In this document: in pieces, positions 51,883 through 64,000 of the stretch | Layout of the letters: every line of letters begins with the position of its first letter | How positions within the stretch are numbered: position 1 is the stretch's first letter | Assembly (NCBI RefSeq): GCF_001194135.2 | Contig: NC_068987.1 | Coordinates: forward strand, 50,270,102 to 50,334,101 | Source of the DNA: Octopus bimaculoides | Taxonomy: Eukaryota | Reading direction: 5' to 3' | DNA: 64,000 nucleotides | Translations under genes and position numbers: made by a program | Notes under the pieces: model-generated | The model's database searches: none | Told to the model about the DNA's origin: nothing | What the model saw: the letters and a program-made list of their open reading frames with translations, nothing else

Positions 51883-52115
51883 GAGCAGTGGAATGGCAAA
51901 ATTGTTAGAGCATTGGAAAAAAACTGCCTTGCAGCATTTGTTCTTGTTGGTTACATTCTGTGTTCAAACCTTGCTGAGGTCAACTTTGCCTTTCATTCTT
52001 TTGGTGTCAATAAAATAAAGTACCAGTCGAGTATTGGAGTCAATATTATCAACTAGTACTCTTTCTTCAAAATTGTTGGCCTTGTGCCTATAACCGAAAG
52101 AATTATCATCATTGT
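51610..52115. mobile_element. Two (ATT)n-SINE copies in inverted, head-to-head orientation
   Basis: Minus copy about 51631-51847, (AAT)n spacer, plus copy about 51882-52110. Confidence 0.82.
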
Positions 52116-52149
52116 TATTAACAGAGTTGTTTCTCTTATCCCTTACCAG

Positions 52150-52265
52150 ATGGCAGCCCATGATCTACATATGGAAACCAAGCAATGGTCTAGTAAAGAC
52201 AATGAAATCATTGTAGCTGCAAAGAAAATGGCTCTTCTACTTGCGAAACTTTCCCATCTTGTTAG
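52150..52265 (+). CDS. VCL: Vinculin tail exon (MAAHDLHMETKQWSSKDNEIIVAAKKMALLLAKLSHLVR)
   Basis: ttaccag|ATG acceptor, TTAG|gtgaga donor; 116 nt, phase 0 to 2. Confidence 0.96.
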
Positions 52266-53814
52266 GTGAGAGATTTATTTGATCAACATTACTTTCAATA
52301 CTTCATTACTAATGTGATTGTTTTCAGCCGCATATTTTTAGACTTTGCAGGGCTTCCAGGGACCAGTTGTCATGAGTTGTATGTTTTATAACAACATACA
52401 ATAAAGATAAAATTGTTTCAGTTTAGACTAAATAATTCATTCAATCAGCTACTTCCATATCATGGATCTATTCAGCCAGAGTTGACCACAGCAACAAGAA
52501 GAAGAAACATCATGAACCAACAGGGGAGCCTTTATATGGTCACTTAACCTGCTAGAAAAAGCTGCCTAACTTTCCCCAAATTGTACTCTGTCTTCAAAAA
52601 TGGACACATTGGATGCATCCAAGGTTGACTATGTGTTGTACCTTTGAGCAAAGCACTTGAAATGATTTTATGTTACATCAATTCATTCAGATGAAAATGA
52701 ATTCCAATAACAGCTGGAAGTAGGTTAACTAGTGCTCATTCAGAGAATTCTCTTGTACTCTCATCTACTGAAATGCCATGGAATCTGGGATAAACTCTGG
52801 CTTAATGTGCCTGTAGACCCAGCACATACTTTTAGTTATTTTAACTTAACAATTACACAGTGCCCTGTAGCATCACATTTTATACTAGTAAATCTGCATA
52901 AAAATCTTCAACCAGTATACTGTTAAAACTACTTTATTGCAAATCAGGAAATTTGGTCAATTTCCTAATTTCTTTATATTTCAAAAAACTTTTTTCTCAT
53001 ATTGTTTATTTTTCTGCTTTAAATTGCTAATGTTTTTTGTAACATCTGATATATATTATGATTTTACTATTTTATAAAAATATCACTAATGATAAATTCA
53101 ATTAATTAGGTCTAACTATTAGTAAAAAAAAACCTCTAAATTTAAAAGACAGATCTAGAATTTCTCTTATTGTTCAATACATACCAAGCTGGTACCTATA
53201 GTGTCGACCATGTTACTACCATGTTACATAATTGAATTTGTCTTTTATATTCTCTGATGAAATTAATAGTGTCTTTTTTGAAATATCTGTCTGATATCTT
53301 TGTATTTCTGTGCTGTGTTGGATAATGATACTGTGAAAGCTGTTAGAATGTACCAAAGCTGTGTGTTATAGTGTGAAAATTGTGTGTGACACTGTGGCTA
53401 GTTTCTATTAGTGAGTTTTTTCATGTTTTCTTTTCCTTTCCTGTCCTTTAAGTTGAGTAGTCTGTCTCTGTAACATCAAAGAATTGTCACTTCAACAACA
53501 TAGAGAAGAAAATAGCTGAAGGCAATGTGAAACACATGAAACAAGCAAGCAGAACTACAAACACACACATACACTCCGTATCTATCTCTCTCTCTCTCTT
53601 TCTCTGTCTGTTTATTTCCATTGCAATCTTCAGAAAATCTTTCCTGTTCTTGAGGGACTATACTAATAGGCATTATGAGAAGACATACAGCTGTAAGCTG
53701 TTGGAGATATGAATTACTCTGATGATGATGATGATGATGATGATGGTGATAATGTTTTGTTAAACTTTATGTCCGTATTTCAACTTTTCCTATGATAATA
53801 TATTGTTATTAAAA

Positions 53815-54230
53815 GGTGGCAGAATTAGCATGCCAAGGAATATGCTAGCAGGATTTCTTCCAGCTCTTTATGTTCTGAGTTCAAATCCTACCATGGTCAA
53901 CATTGCCTTTCATCCTTTTGGTATCAGTAAAATAAGTATCAGTTGAGTACTGGGGGTCAATATAATTGACTTTCCCTCCTCTCAGAATTTCTGGCCTTGT
54001 GCCAATATTAGAAATTATTATTATTATTATTATTATTATTAAAGGATGGGAAGCTAGCAGAATCATTAGCGCATCTGACAAAATGCTTTCTTATAGCTCT
54101 TTACATACTGAACTCAGAACCTGTTGAATTCAGTTTTGTATTTCATCCCTTCAAGGTTGGTGAAACAAAGTACCAGTCAAGTGCAGGAATTGGTGTAATA
54201 ACATTGTGTCCTTGAGCAAGACACTTTATT
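53815..54230 (+). mobile_element. Tandem (ATT)n-SINE copies
   Basis: GGCAGAATTAGC...GAGTTCAAATCC...TTGCCTTTCATCC...(ATT)n, followed by a second copy. Confidence 0.75.
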
Positions 54231-56802
54231 TCACGTTGCTCCAGTCCACTCAGCTGGCAAAAATGAGTTGTACCAGTGATTCAAAGGGCCAACCATGTCA
54301 CATTTTGTGTCATGCTGTATCTTTCTGAAAACCACATTAAGGGTATCCATGTCTGTGGAATGCTCAGCCACTTGCATGTTAATTTCAGTGGTAGGCTGTT
54401 CTGTTGACTGGATCAACTGGATCCCTTGTCAAAACCAACAGAGTGCCAAAAGATCTCACCATCACACATTGTGTATTCTACATACATGTATGTGCATTTA
54501 TGTTTGGATCTATGTTGATTTGTGTATAAACAGACAGAAATCAAAATATATTAATGTGCACATGTCTGTGAAAAAAAAGGAGTGACCTAATTATTGTTTT
54601 GTTTCCTTAGCTTATTGATTAAAATCCATGATACTGGCTCACTCTGGCCTGGTTGGTCATGGCTGTGCCATATGCAATATGGATAAACAAAAGTAAATCC
54701 CTTAATTATATAGCAAATAGCAAAGTTTCTCTAGTCTAGAGTTGTGTGTTTTGTGTTTGTGTGTATGCTTTGTTTTCTTATTTTATTTATTTGTTCTTTT
54801 ATTATTTATATATTTCATTTATAAATCTAAAGCTTAAATAACTTGATTACCTTAAGAAATTTATCAGTCTATTATCTGGCCAACATTAAGAGAGAGAGAG
54901 GAAAAGATATAAAAAAAAAAAAAAAACGAACAAACAAAAAAGGTATATTTCTACTTGAAGCACTAATACCACGACTTGCTACTTGCAGTTGTCAGGAAAA
55001 TTGCAAATGGATATGGTGTACTGTTCACAAGACGTAAGCTCTTTATGTATGGAAGGTAGTTTGCTTTTGGTGTTGACAATACCAGGAAACTTTCATTTCC
55101 TGGGAGAAAAAAAAATTAAATTATGAAAGAAGAAAAAAAAAAAAATACCTACTCGCTCCTGTATTTGGACAAAATTCAATCAACCCCTTTCTTTTGTTAA
55201 CCCTTATTTAAAAAAATCTTGTTGATTTTTTTTTGCTTTTTTTGCTATATAATGAATGGTTTTCACCCTTTCAACCTTCCCTCATGTTTTTGTTGGATGT
55301 GAGGTTTAGAATTATATTTAATTTGGTGTCTTAACATTCTGAATAAAATTCCCTCTGAGTTTGGCTTTATTTTTTGTATATCTAGAGACCATTGGGGGAA
55401 AAAAAAAGAACAAGAAAATAATGTTTGTTGCTTAAACAATAATGCTTGTTGTTTAAATCAACTACAGAATTGGGTGGAATTCAATTTCAGTGTCAGATTT
55501 ATTCTAACAACAACTCAAGTATTCCATCATCTAGCTTCAGGGGAAGTAGAACCTTAGTTTTGCTATTGTTGTTTTTGTTTATTGTTTATTTAGCTCCCAG
55601 GTCAACTTTGAGCAAATGCATTCCATGACCCTCCTGTATCTAGGACTACATTATCCTATGTATTTTTCCTGGACATTAGTTTGGACATGATAAGTGTCTT
55701 TGGTTCTTTGAAACTTCTTAAAGGAATCCAAAAACCCATTACAGCAACTGTTTGAAAACATCATGATACATTTTCTCATTAGTTTCTCCTTCTTTTACTC
55801 TGCCTTTTAGAAATTCTAATTAATGTCTATTGTTACAGAGGGTGTTGAAACTATATTGAATATATTAATATTACCCCCACCACATCCTATTACTCTGATT
55901 CTTAAAAGTTGTTTGTTATTTCATTATATTTATTTACTTTTTTTTTATGAAGGCTTCATCACTACCAAAAGCAAACAGTCTTTTCATCTTAAGGCCGCAG
56001 GCATGACTGAGCCATTTTCTTCTGTTGAGAACGAAATTTCTTGTTCGAATTCCTTCTCAAATTGCACACATATTTACACATGCATGCACATGCTCTCATG
56101 CACCCACACACATGCATACATGAGCACACACACACATGCACAAAAGCACACAGGTGGAGGCTTGCACAAACATGCAAGAGTATACACATACAGGCTCACA
56201 CTCATACACAAGTACAAAACACAAGACACACACATGCCTAAGCATACCAGTCATCAAAGGTGCTTCTAAGTGTTTCCAGCACTATAGTTCTAGGAGCTTC
56301 CCAACCTGCTAGAAACAACTATCAAATCTTCCTCAGATCATTTCTACCATCTTAAAAAAAAAAGGAAGGACACATTGAACAGTGCATATGTTAGATATTT
56401 TGATAGATAGAATAGTCATGGCTGGAATATTTTTGGTCACTTGGCTGCTCAGTCAGTAATGACCTGGAGTTAAACACTGTTCATATGTAATCATATGCTT
56501 AAGTTTACAGATACTTCTAGATGTACATATGCATATGAACGTTTACACACACTTTTTAAAAAACATGCATGCATATATATATATATATATATATATATCG
56601 ATTTAAATGAGAGCTCAAAACTGATCCATTGAAAATACTTTATTATAAAATACTTCATTATTATAACAAAGTATTTTCAATGGATAAGTTTTGAGCTCTC
56701 ATTTAAATCGATATAAATACAAAAACTCACTTGTGAGTATTTTTCTACGTTTGTTAACAGATACAATATTTTTGCCTAATTTTGGTATAAAAATATATAT
56801 AA

Positions 56803-56843
<41 letters not shown>

Positions 56844-57129
56844 NNNNNNNNNNNNNNNNNNNNNNNNNNNNNNNNNNNNNNNNNNNNNNNNNNNNNNNNN
56901 NNNNNNNNNNNNNNNNNNNNNNNNNNNNNNNNNNNNNNNNNNNNNNNNNNNNNNNNNNNNNNNNNNNNNNNNNNNNNNNNNNNNNNNNNNNNNNNNNNNN
57001 NNNNNNNNNNNNNNNNNNNNNNNNNNNNNNNNNNNNNNNNNNNNNNNNNNNNNNNNNNNNNNNNNNNNNNNNNNNNNNNNNNNNNNNNNNNNNNNNNNNN
57101 NNNNNNNNNNNNNNNNNNNNNNNNNNNNN

Positions 57130-57184
<55 letters not shown>

Positions 57185-58097
57185 TATGTATTTGAAATAC
57201 TCACACATGCAAAAATTAGTACTGTTAAGTGCATACATACTCGAAGATAGGCATATATATTCATCAGCATGTACTGATGATTCCCCTTGTCTTGTATAAA
57301 CACCCATGTATCATATATACCATCACACACGTCAACATCTTCCATTAACAGCAGAATCCTATATGTAGTAATAATCACACTTAAGGCATATGTATTCAAA
57401 CAATTTCAATAGTCTTTAGACACAGTTTAAATTAAACTCAATTCTTAATTCCTAATCCCTTTCCTCTCACTTTCTTAACTCCCTCTCATATCTTTCTTTT
57501 TTACTTTTACTATCCATCATCATCATCAGCAGCAGCAGCAACTTTCTTCTATGTTTATATTTTCTGCCTCTCCTCCCCCTTCCTTCTCTCATTTTTTATC
57601 ATATTTTTCCCTATTTCATTTCAATACTCTCTAATCCTCCCCCTCTTTCAGTATCAAAATTTCATTTTCTTTTCTTCCAGGTTCCTATTTTCTTCCTCTC
57701 CCTCTATTTATCTCACTTTCTTCATTCTCTTACTCTATCCCCCACTCCAGTTCCATTTCATTACTCTCTCTCTCTCTCTCTCATATAACTTTCTTTCATA
57801 TTTACGTTTCTCTTTCCTATTCTGCCCTCTTCATCTTTTTTCTTCTTTACCTTCCTCTCTCCCACTTGTTTTCTTTGGTTTTTCTCCTGTCTTTCACCAA
57901 TTATTACTCCACATGAGCTATTCTTCAATTTTACACCAAACTACATCATCTTACTAGTTCTTTGTACACTACATCTAGCTATGTCATTACTAACCTACTC
58001 TCTACTACACACAGGCATTCTTTACATCCTTTCTTTTAACCTTTATCCTTCTCAACAACATCACAAATACAGTTCTTGTACTTAAAATATTTATATA

Positions 58098-58260
58098 GGC
58101 GCAGGAGTGGCTGTGTGGTAAGTAGCTTGCTTACCAACCACATGGTTCCGGGTTCAGTCCCACTGCGTGGCACCTTGGGCAAGTGTCTTCTACTATAGCC
58201 TCAGGCCGACCAAAGCCTTGTGAGTGGATTTGGTAGACGGAAACTGAAAGAAGCCCGCCG
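58098..58260 (+). mobile_element. tRNA-derived SINE with CORE-like CCTTGGGCAAGT segment, ending in (TA)n
   Basis: A-box TGGCTGTGTGG, B-box GGTTCAGTCCC. Near-identical reverse copy at 2832-2994; older copies near 4343, 11085, 35895 and 40830. Confidence 0.82.
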
Positions 58261-61060
58261 TATATATGTATATATATATATATATATGTATGTGTGTTTG
58301 TGNNNNNNNNNNNNNNNNNNNNNNNNNNNNNNNNNNNNNNNNNNNNNNNNNNNNNNNNNNNNNNNNNNNNNNNNNNNNNNNNNNNNNNNNNNNNNNNNNN
58401 NNNNNNNNNNNNNNNNNNNNNNNNNNNNNNNNNNNNNNNNNNNNNNNNNNNNNNNNNNNNNNNNNNNNNNNNNNNNNNNNNNNNNNNNNNNNNNNNNNNN
58501 NNNNNNNNNNNNNNNNNNNNNNNNNNNNNNNNNNNNNNNNNNNNNNNNNNNNNNNNNNNNNNNNNNNNNNNNNNNNNNNNNNNNNNNNNNNNNNNNNNNN
58601 NNNNNNNNNNNNNNNNNNNNNNNNNNNNNNNNNNNNNNNNNNNNNNNNNNNNNNNNNNNNNNNNNNNNNNNNNNNNNNNNNNNNNNNNNNNNNNNNNNNN
58701 NNNNNNNNNNNNNNNNNNNNNNNNNNNNNNNNNNNNNNNNNNNNNNNNNNNNNNNNNNNNNNNNNNNNNNNNNNNNNNNNNNNNNNNNNNNNNNNNNNNN
58801 NNNNNNNNNNNNNNNNNNNNNNNNNNNNNNNNNNNNNNNNNNNNNNNNNNNNNNNNNNNNNNNNNNNNNNNNNNNNNNNNNNNNNNNNNNNNNNNNNNNN
58901 NNNNNNNNNNNNNNNNNNNNNNNNNNNNNNNNNNNNNNNNNNNNNNNNNNNNNNNNNNNNNNNNNNNNNNNNNNNNNNNNNNNNNNTTTGAGTATCAGGC
59001 ATGAAAATACTTTCAATGATTTAGGTTACATACAACTCTTTGGTCATCATTACGTTTGACTCTTATCACTCTCAGATTCTTACTGAAAGTATTTTGTCAA
59101 GCATTCCCCTATTTTACTAATTTCTGGGTCTGATTCTAGTGCTCTGCTTCTATTTTAACTCAGAAAACATAGAGATGTCCTTTAATATATGAATTTATGA
59201 AGATAAATGTATTGTGGCTTTGTTTGTTGGAAAGCTGCTTAATAGCTTTTATACTCCTTAACAGTGGTGCTCCAGCATGATTGCAGTCACGTGACTGAAA
59301 CACATCATAAAAGAGATAAAAGATATATTATCAAATAGGTGTTCATACACATGTTATAACACAACATATTAGCCAACTTACACATCATGTGCACAGCCAA
59401 GTCCTCATGTGTATACGCAGAGACACATATTAATACCACATTGCACACTTGTGAGCCAGTTTCTATGAAGTTGCTCATTATGCTCAGAGTAGCAGCCAGA
59501 TCTACTTCAAAAATCTTCTTAGTCCTTTAGAAATAAAGACCATATTTTTTAAGATATGAAAATCTTAAGACATTAGAATCCAGATTTAAGGTGGGAGGAC
59601 CTGGAGTAGAAACATGTTATAAAATATATTTTTGGTCAGTTATTTCTGTGCCATAAATCTAGTATAAAGCTGATTGGTTGGTGTTACCCAACAGCAGTAC
59701 ATACTTGCTATGCATTCATACCATCCAGGCACTATATCGTCCATTTTATAAGCACATTCTTAAAGCAGAACTGACATGGGGCTAAACTACATACAAAGAT
59801 GCAAAGACATTTCTATATGGTAAAATACAAAGACAAATGTATACATAATATCTACTGTTTCACAAAAAAAAAAAAAAAATGCAGAGATTAATGCACAAAC
59901 TTATTCTTCATAATCTCTAACCTACCTGATGTCACTAAACTGTCTAATCCTCTTATTTTTCTTTTAAATGTTTATGGCCATTTGGCTCTGCGTCCTCTCT
60001 AGTCCTTCAGTTTATTTCGTTTGTTTTGAGAAATGTTTATTATATCACACCAAATTCTTTTCACTGTACGAAAACTGTTTAAAATTTAAAGTTATACTAT
60101 TGAAGATGATAATGGCATGGCTGCATTTTATTTATTGTATTAATTATTATTTTTTCCCCCTTTACTACAGAAAATCACTTGCACGACAAAAAACATAAAT
60201 ATTAGCCTCTAAAATTAAAAGAAAAATTAAAAAAATTAAAAAATTATAATGCTTTTTAATTCATAACTTATCATTTTTTGTCTTAGCAAAAAAAAAAAAA
60301 ACAGTTTGNNNNNNNNNNNNNNNNNNNNNNNNNNNNNNNNNNNNNNNNNNNNNNNNNNNNNNNNNNNNNNNCAAGTTCTGTTCAATTTGCTTAAGTTATA
60401 TTGTTTCTTTAAAAAAATTAATCCTATTTTTATTTAATATTTTCAGTTTATATATATATATATATATATATACATAAATTAAAAAAAGAAAGAAAAATTT
60501 TATAAAGAAATTAAAGTGAATGTTTGTGAAATAATTGGTAAATAATTAAAGATGCAGTGAATAATTTCTTCAACTCCAAAATATTTTCCCTAATTTCATA
60601 AATCTGTTAAGTCACTAATTCTCATGACTTTCCAGAACAAATTATTTTTATTAATTTATTGGAGATGCCTCTTTTATAGAATACTAATACTGTGCAATAA
60701 ATTGATGGAACTGTACCGGTTCTTTGCATTCTGAGTTCAAATCCTGCTATGGCCTACTTAGGTGTAAGAATTAATTCTCTACTTGTTTTAACATCACTAC
60801 TTGGCACTTTGAGCACCTTTAGCTGACCCCATTCTGTTGTGAGCATTTGGGCCAGGTTTTCAGTTTGAGAATAAATTTCTCCCTTCCTTTCACCAGTCAT
60901 GAAACTCCCTATAAAGGGTCATGGGTGGTATTTTAAATTGAGTTGCTTTTTTAAGAGATTATCAAAGATATATTTTTATGTTAATGAAATAAAGATGTTT
61001 TTAAGATATACCAATTAGAACATTGTATAACAGGGCAAAAGATGAAGTTAATAGTAGAAG

Positions 61061-61410
61061 ATCATCATCATCATTATCATACGTCTGCTTTCCATGCTAG
61101 CATGGGTTGGATGATTTGACTGGGGACTGGCAAACCAGATGGCTACACCAGACTCCAATCTGATCTGGCAGAGTTTCTACAGCTGGATGCACTTCCTAAT
61201 GCCAACCACTCCGAGAGCGTAGTGGGTGCTTTTTACATGCCACTGGCACAAGGGCCAGTCCGGCAGTACTGGCAATGGCCACGCTCAAATGGTGTTTTTT
61301 ACGTGCCACCTGCACAGGAGTCAGTCCAATGTTTTGTTCACATGCCACTGGCACAAGTGCCAGTAAGGCGAAGCTGGAAACGATCACGCTCAAATGGTCC
61401 TTTTTACGTG
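61061..61410 (-). mobile_element. (GAT)n-tailed retroposon copy, minus strand
   Basis: Reverse complement of the same family. Confidence 0.75.
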
Positions 61411-61960
61411 ATGTTTACTAATTCAGTAATAACTACTCCCAGAAATATTAAGATGTTATTGAATAACGAACAATTTTAAATGACTGAGATGGTTCAGTTT
61501 CATAGTGTGTGTGTGTGTGTTTCCAGTCTAAAAACCAGTGTAGTTTGTTAGCATTCCTTCATGCCTCATAACCTAGCAGTTCAACAGATGGGTACCAATA
61601 AAAGAAGTACCTGACTAAGATTAATACTGGGGTCAGTATGACTGGTTAAACCCTTGAAAGTGGTGCTCCAGCTTAGTCACAGCTTATTGAAAAACCATTA
61701 TGAAAATTAAATTAATTAATTACTAACAACTATAATGATATTGGAGATGATGATAATAAATTTGTACAAATAACTGAATTTGGGTAACTATTCAGTAAGT
61801 TTTTATATATATTAAATATTAGCTATTTTATTTTATAGATTCTACATTTTTTAACAATTAGGCTTTTAAAATTTTTTTGTAACTTTTGACTTAAATTTTT
61901 GACTGAAAAATTAATGGTCTTTGTGTTGTTACATGATATCTTTATTTTGTTCATCACCAG

Positions 61961-62084
61961 AGGTGAAGGTGGAAGCAAGAAAGATTTGATTGCAACTGCT
62001 AAAGCTATAGCTGAGGCCTCAGAAGAAGTGACCCGGCTAGCTAAGATCCTTGCACTTGAATGTACTGACAAGAGAATGAGAACT
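61961..62084 (+). CDS. VCL: Vinculin tail exon ([41 protein letters not shown])
   Basis: atcaccag|A acceptor, ACT|gtaagc donor; 124 nt, phase 2 to 0. Confidence 0.96.
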
Positions 62085-62719
62085 GTAAGCTTCAATAATT
62101 TCTCTCTCTCTCTCTCTCTGCTATTTGCATTGTTTTTGTTATGTGTATTTTATTTTGTATACAGTCAACATTTTGCATTTTATGGTCAACAGTTAAGCTG
62201 GTTAATTCAGTTGTTGTTCTCCTCCCTTTTTTTCTTCTCCTTCTTCCTCTTTTTTCTTCTCCTTCCTCTGTTTCTTCTCCTTCTTCCCCTCTTCCTCCTC
62301 CTCCTTCTCTTCTCCCTCCAGACTTCTTGGAAAGAAAATGCACAGCTGTTTCCTCTTACCTTCAAATGGCCCACAAGAGAACTTGAACTCAGCACTGCAA
62401 GCTAACAAAACATTCATCAATTATAGTGCTCCCTCTCCTTACACTTGTGAGTTAAACTCAGTTCATGAGAGTTAAGATGGCTGAATTAAGGAAGTACTGG
62501 GCCAGCAGTTCATAGCATTTTGTTATGTTTTAAGGCAACACAATGTCAATTTGCCTTACTAACAGACTTGGCTACCAATTTATTTGGGGTTGGTATTCTA
62601 TCGAGAAGATTTTATCTTTCATTCACTTCATGCTATGAAACCTAAATGAAGTACTATACCAGCCCTTAAGAAACTCTCATATAAGTTTTCTTTTTTATCA
62701 GATATCTACTTATGGCACA

Positions 62720-63102
62720 GTGGAGGCGCAATGGCCCAGTGGTTAGGGCTGCGGAGTCGCAGTCATAGGATTGCGGTTTCAATTCCCAGACTGGGCGTTG
62801 TGAGTGTTTATTGAGCGAAAACACCTAAAGCTCCACGAGGCTCCGGCAGGGGATGGTGCTGAACCCTGCTGTACTCTTTCACCGCATCTTTCTCTCTCTT
62901 ACTTCCTGTTTCTGTTGTGCCTGTAATTCAAAGAGTCAGCCTTGTCACACTGTGTCACGCTGAATATCCCTGAGAACTACATTAAGGGTACACGTGTCTG
63001 TGGAGTACTCAGCCACTTGCACGTTAATTTCATGAGCAGGCTGTTCCGTTGATTGGATCAACTGGAACCCTCGATGTTGTAAGCGACGGAGTGCCAACAA
63101 CA
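62720..63102 (+). mobile_element. Full-length tRNA-derived SINE with (AAC)n tail and 12-bp TSD
   Basis: A-box TGGCCCAGTGG, B-box GGTTTCAATTCC, CAACAACAAC tail; ACTTATGGCACA duplicated at 62708-62719 and 63103-63114. A related 3' half lies near 54280-54430. Confidence 0.88.
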
Positions 63103-63489
63103 ACTTATGGCACATATTTGCAACGAGTTGTTTAGAGGAGTTGTTGTTTAACCCTAGGTCAGTCCTGATTGAACAAACTTATGATCAGAACCTTTTTCAG
63201 CCATAAACAGATCATCTCTTCTTTTTATGTATATCAGAAACTACACTATTTACATTGTCCAATGTATCCTTCCTTTTGTAAAACAACAGGAGGTGATTTG
63301 AATAAGATCTAGTAGCTATTTCTAGCAGATTGAATAACCATGTGATGATGCTTTTATTGGCTCCTGACTTTTACATGGCACATTACAGTGTTATTGACAT
63401 GATACAAACCAGACAGTTTCGGCTCATGGACCACTACCCTCTAAAGCTAGATGTCATTTTATATTAAAAAATTGTATTTTTAACATTAG

Positions 63490-63708
<219 letters not shown>

Positions 63709-63947
63709 TGATTGAGCAAGTGTATCATCAAAAGTGATTAAAACCTGACCAGATTATCTTGCTTTCTTCAAGTTTAGTGGACCTTGCACAACGTTATTCG
63801 ATGCATTCTTTTTTAATACAGCAGGGTATGGTTTTCAGGAGATTTGGCTGCTATTTCTAGCCAGTTAAGCAACTGATCAGTATTTTTGATATGATGAGCA
63901 AATACTTTAAACTGGTGTGTGTGTGTGTGTGTGTATGTATATATATA

Positions 63948-64000
<53 letters not shown>

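Noticed and set aside
52150-52265. Metavinculin-type exon
   Set aside because: No intron at the WSSK position and no duplicated tail-helix sequence found in flanking introns.
62720-62795. tRNA gene
   Set aside because: A and B boxes are present but there is no full cloverleaf or poly-T terminator; it continues into a SINE body with TSD.

Overview
Eukaryotic, AT-rich, repeat-dense and gap-containing animal genomic DNA. The SINE/LINE landscape and microsatellites look like an octopus genome, which is my inference and not a database result. The whole window lies inside one + strand vinculin gene. I can place 16 constitutive coding exons (about 2.08 kb, about 690 codons) with GT-AG boundaries. 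They run from head domain D1 (NLSPVLTK...) through D2-D4 and the proline-rich hinge into the actin-binding tail (...KATMLGAQ). Reading frame is consistent at every junction except the first, where a D1 exon is missing, probably lost in an N-gap. The first and last exons lie outside the window. The most interesting feature is the ~25.7 kb phase-1 intron that splits the proline-rich hinge. It holds at least three frame-preserving candidate cassette exons (201, 45 and 123 nt), each with a splicing-regulator-like motif just downstream, plus weaker microexon candidates. Together they could form a combinatorial hinge-remodelling system at a different position from the vertebrate metavinculin insert. 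The introns also carry a decayed Penelope-like element with a minimal hammerhead ribozyme, two tandem RLE-type LINE 3' ends, a probable solo LTR, several SINE families, TTAA MITEs, minisatellites and several inverted-repeat pairs able to form pre-mRNA dsRNA. No prokaryotic features (CRISPR, operons, rRNA) are present. Most ORFs in the supplied track are microsatellite or N-gap artefacts.
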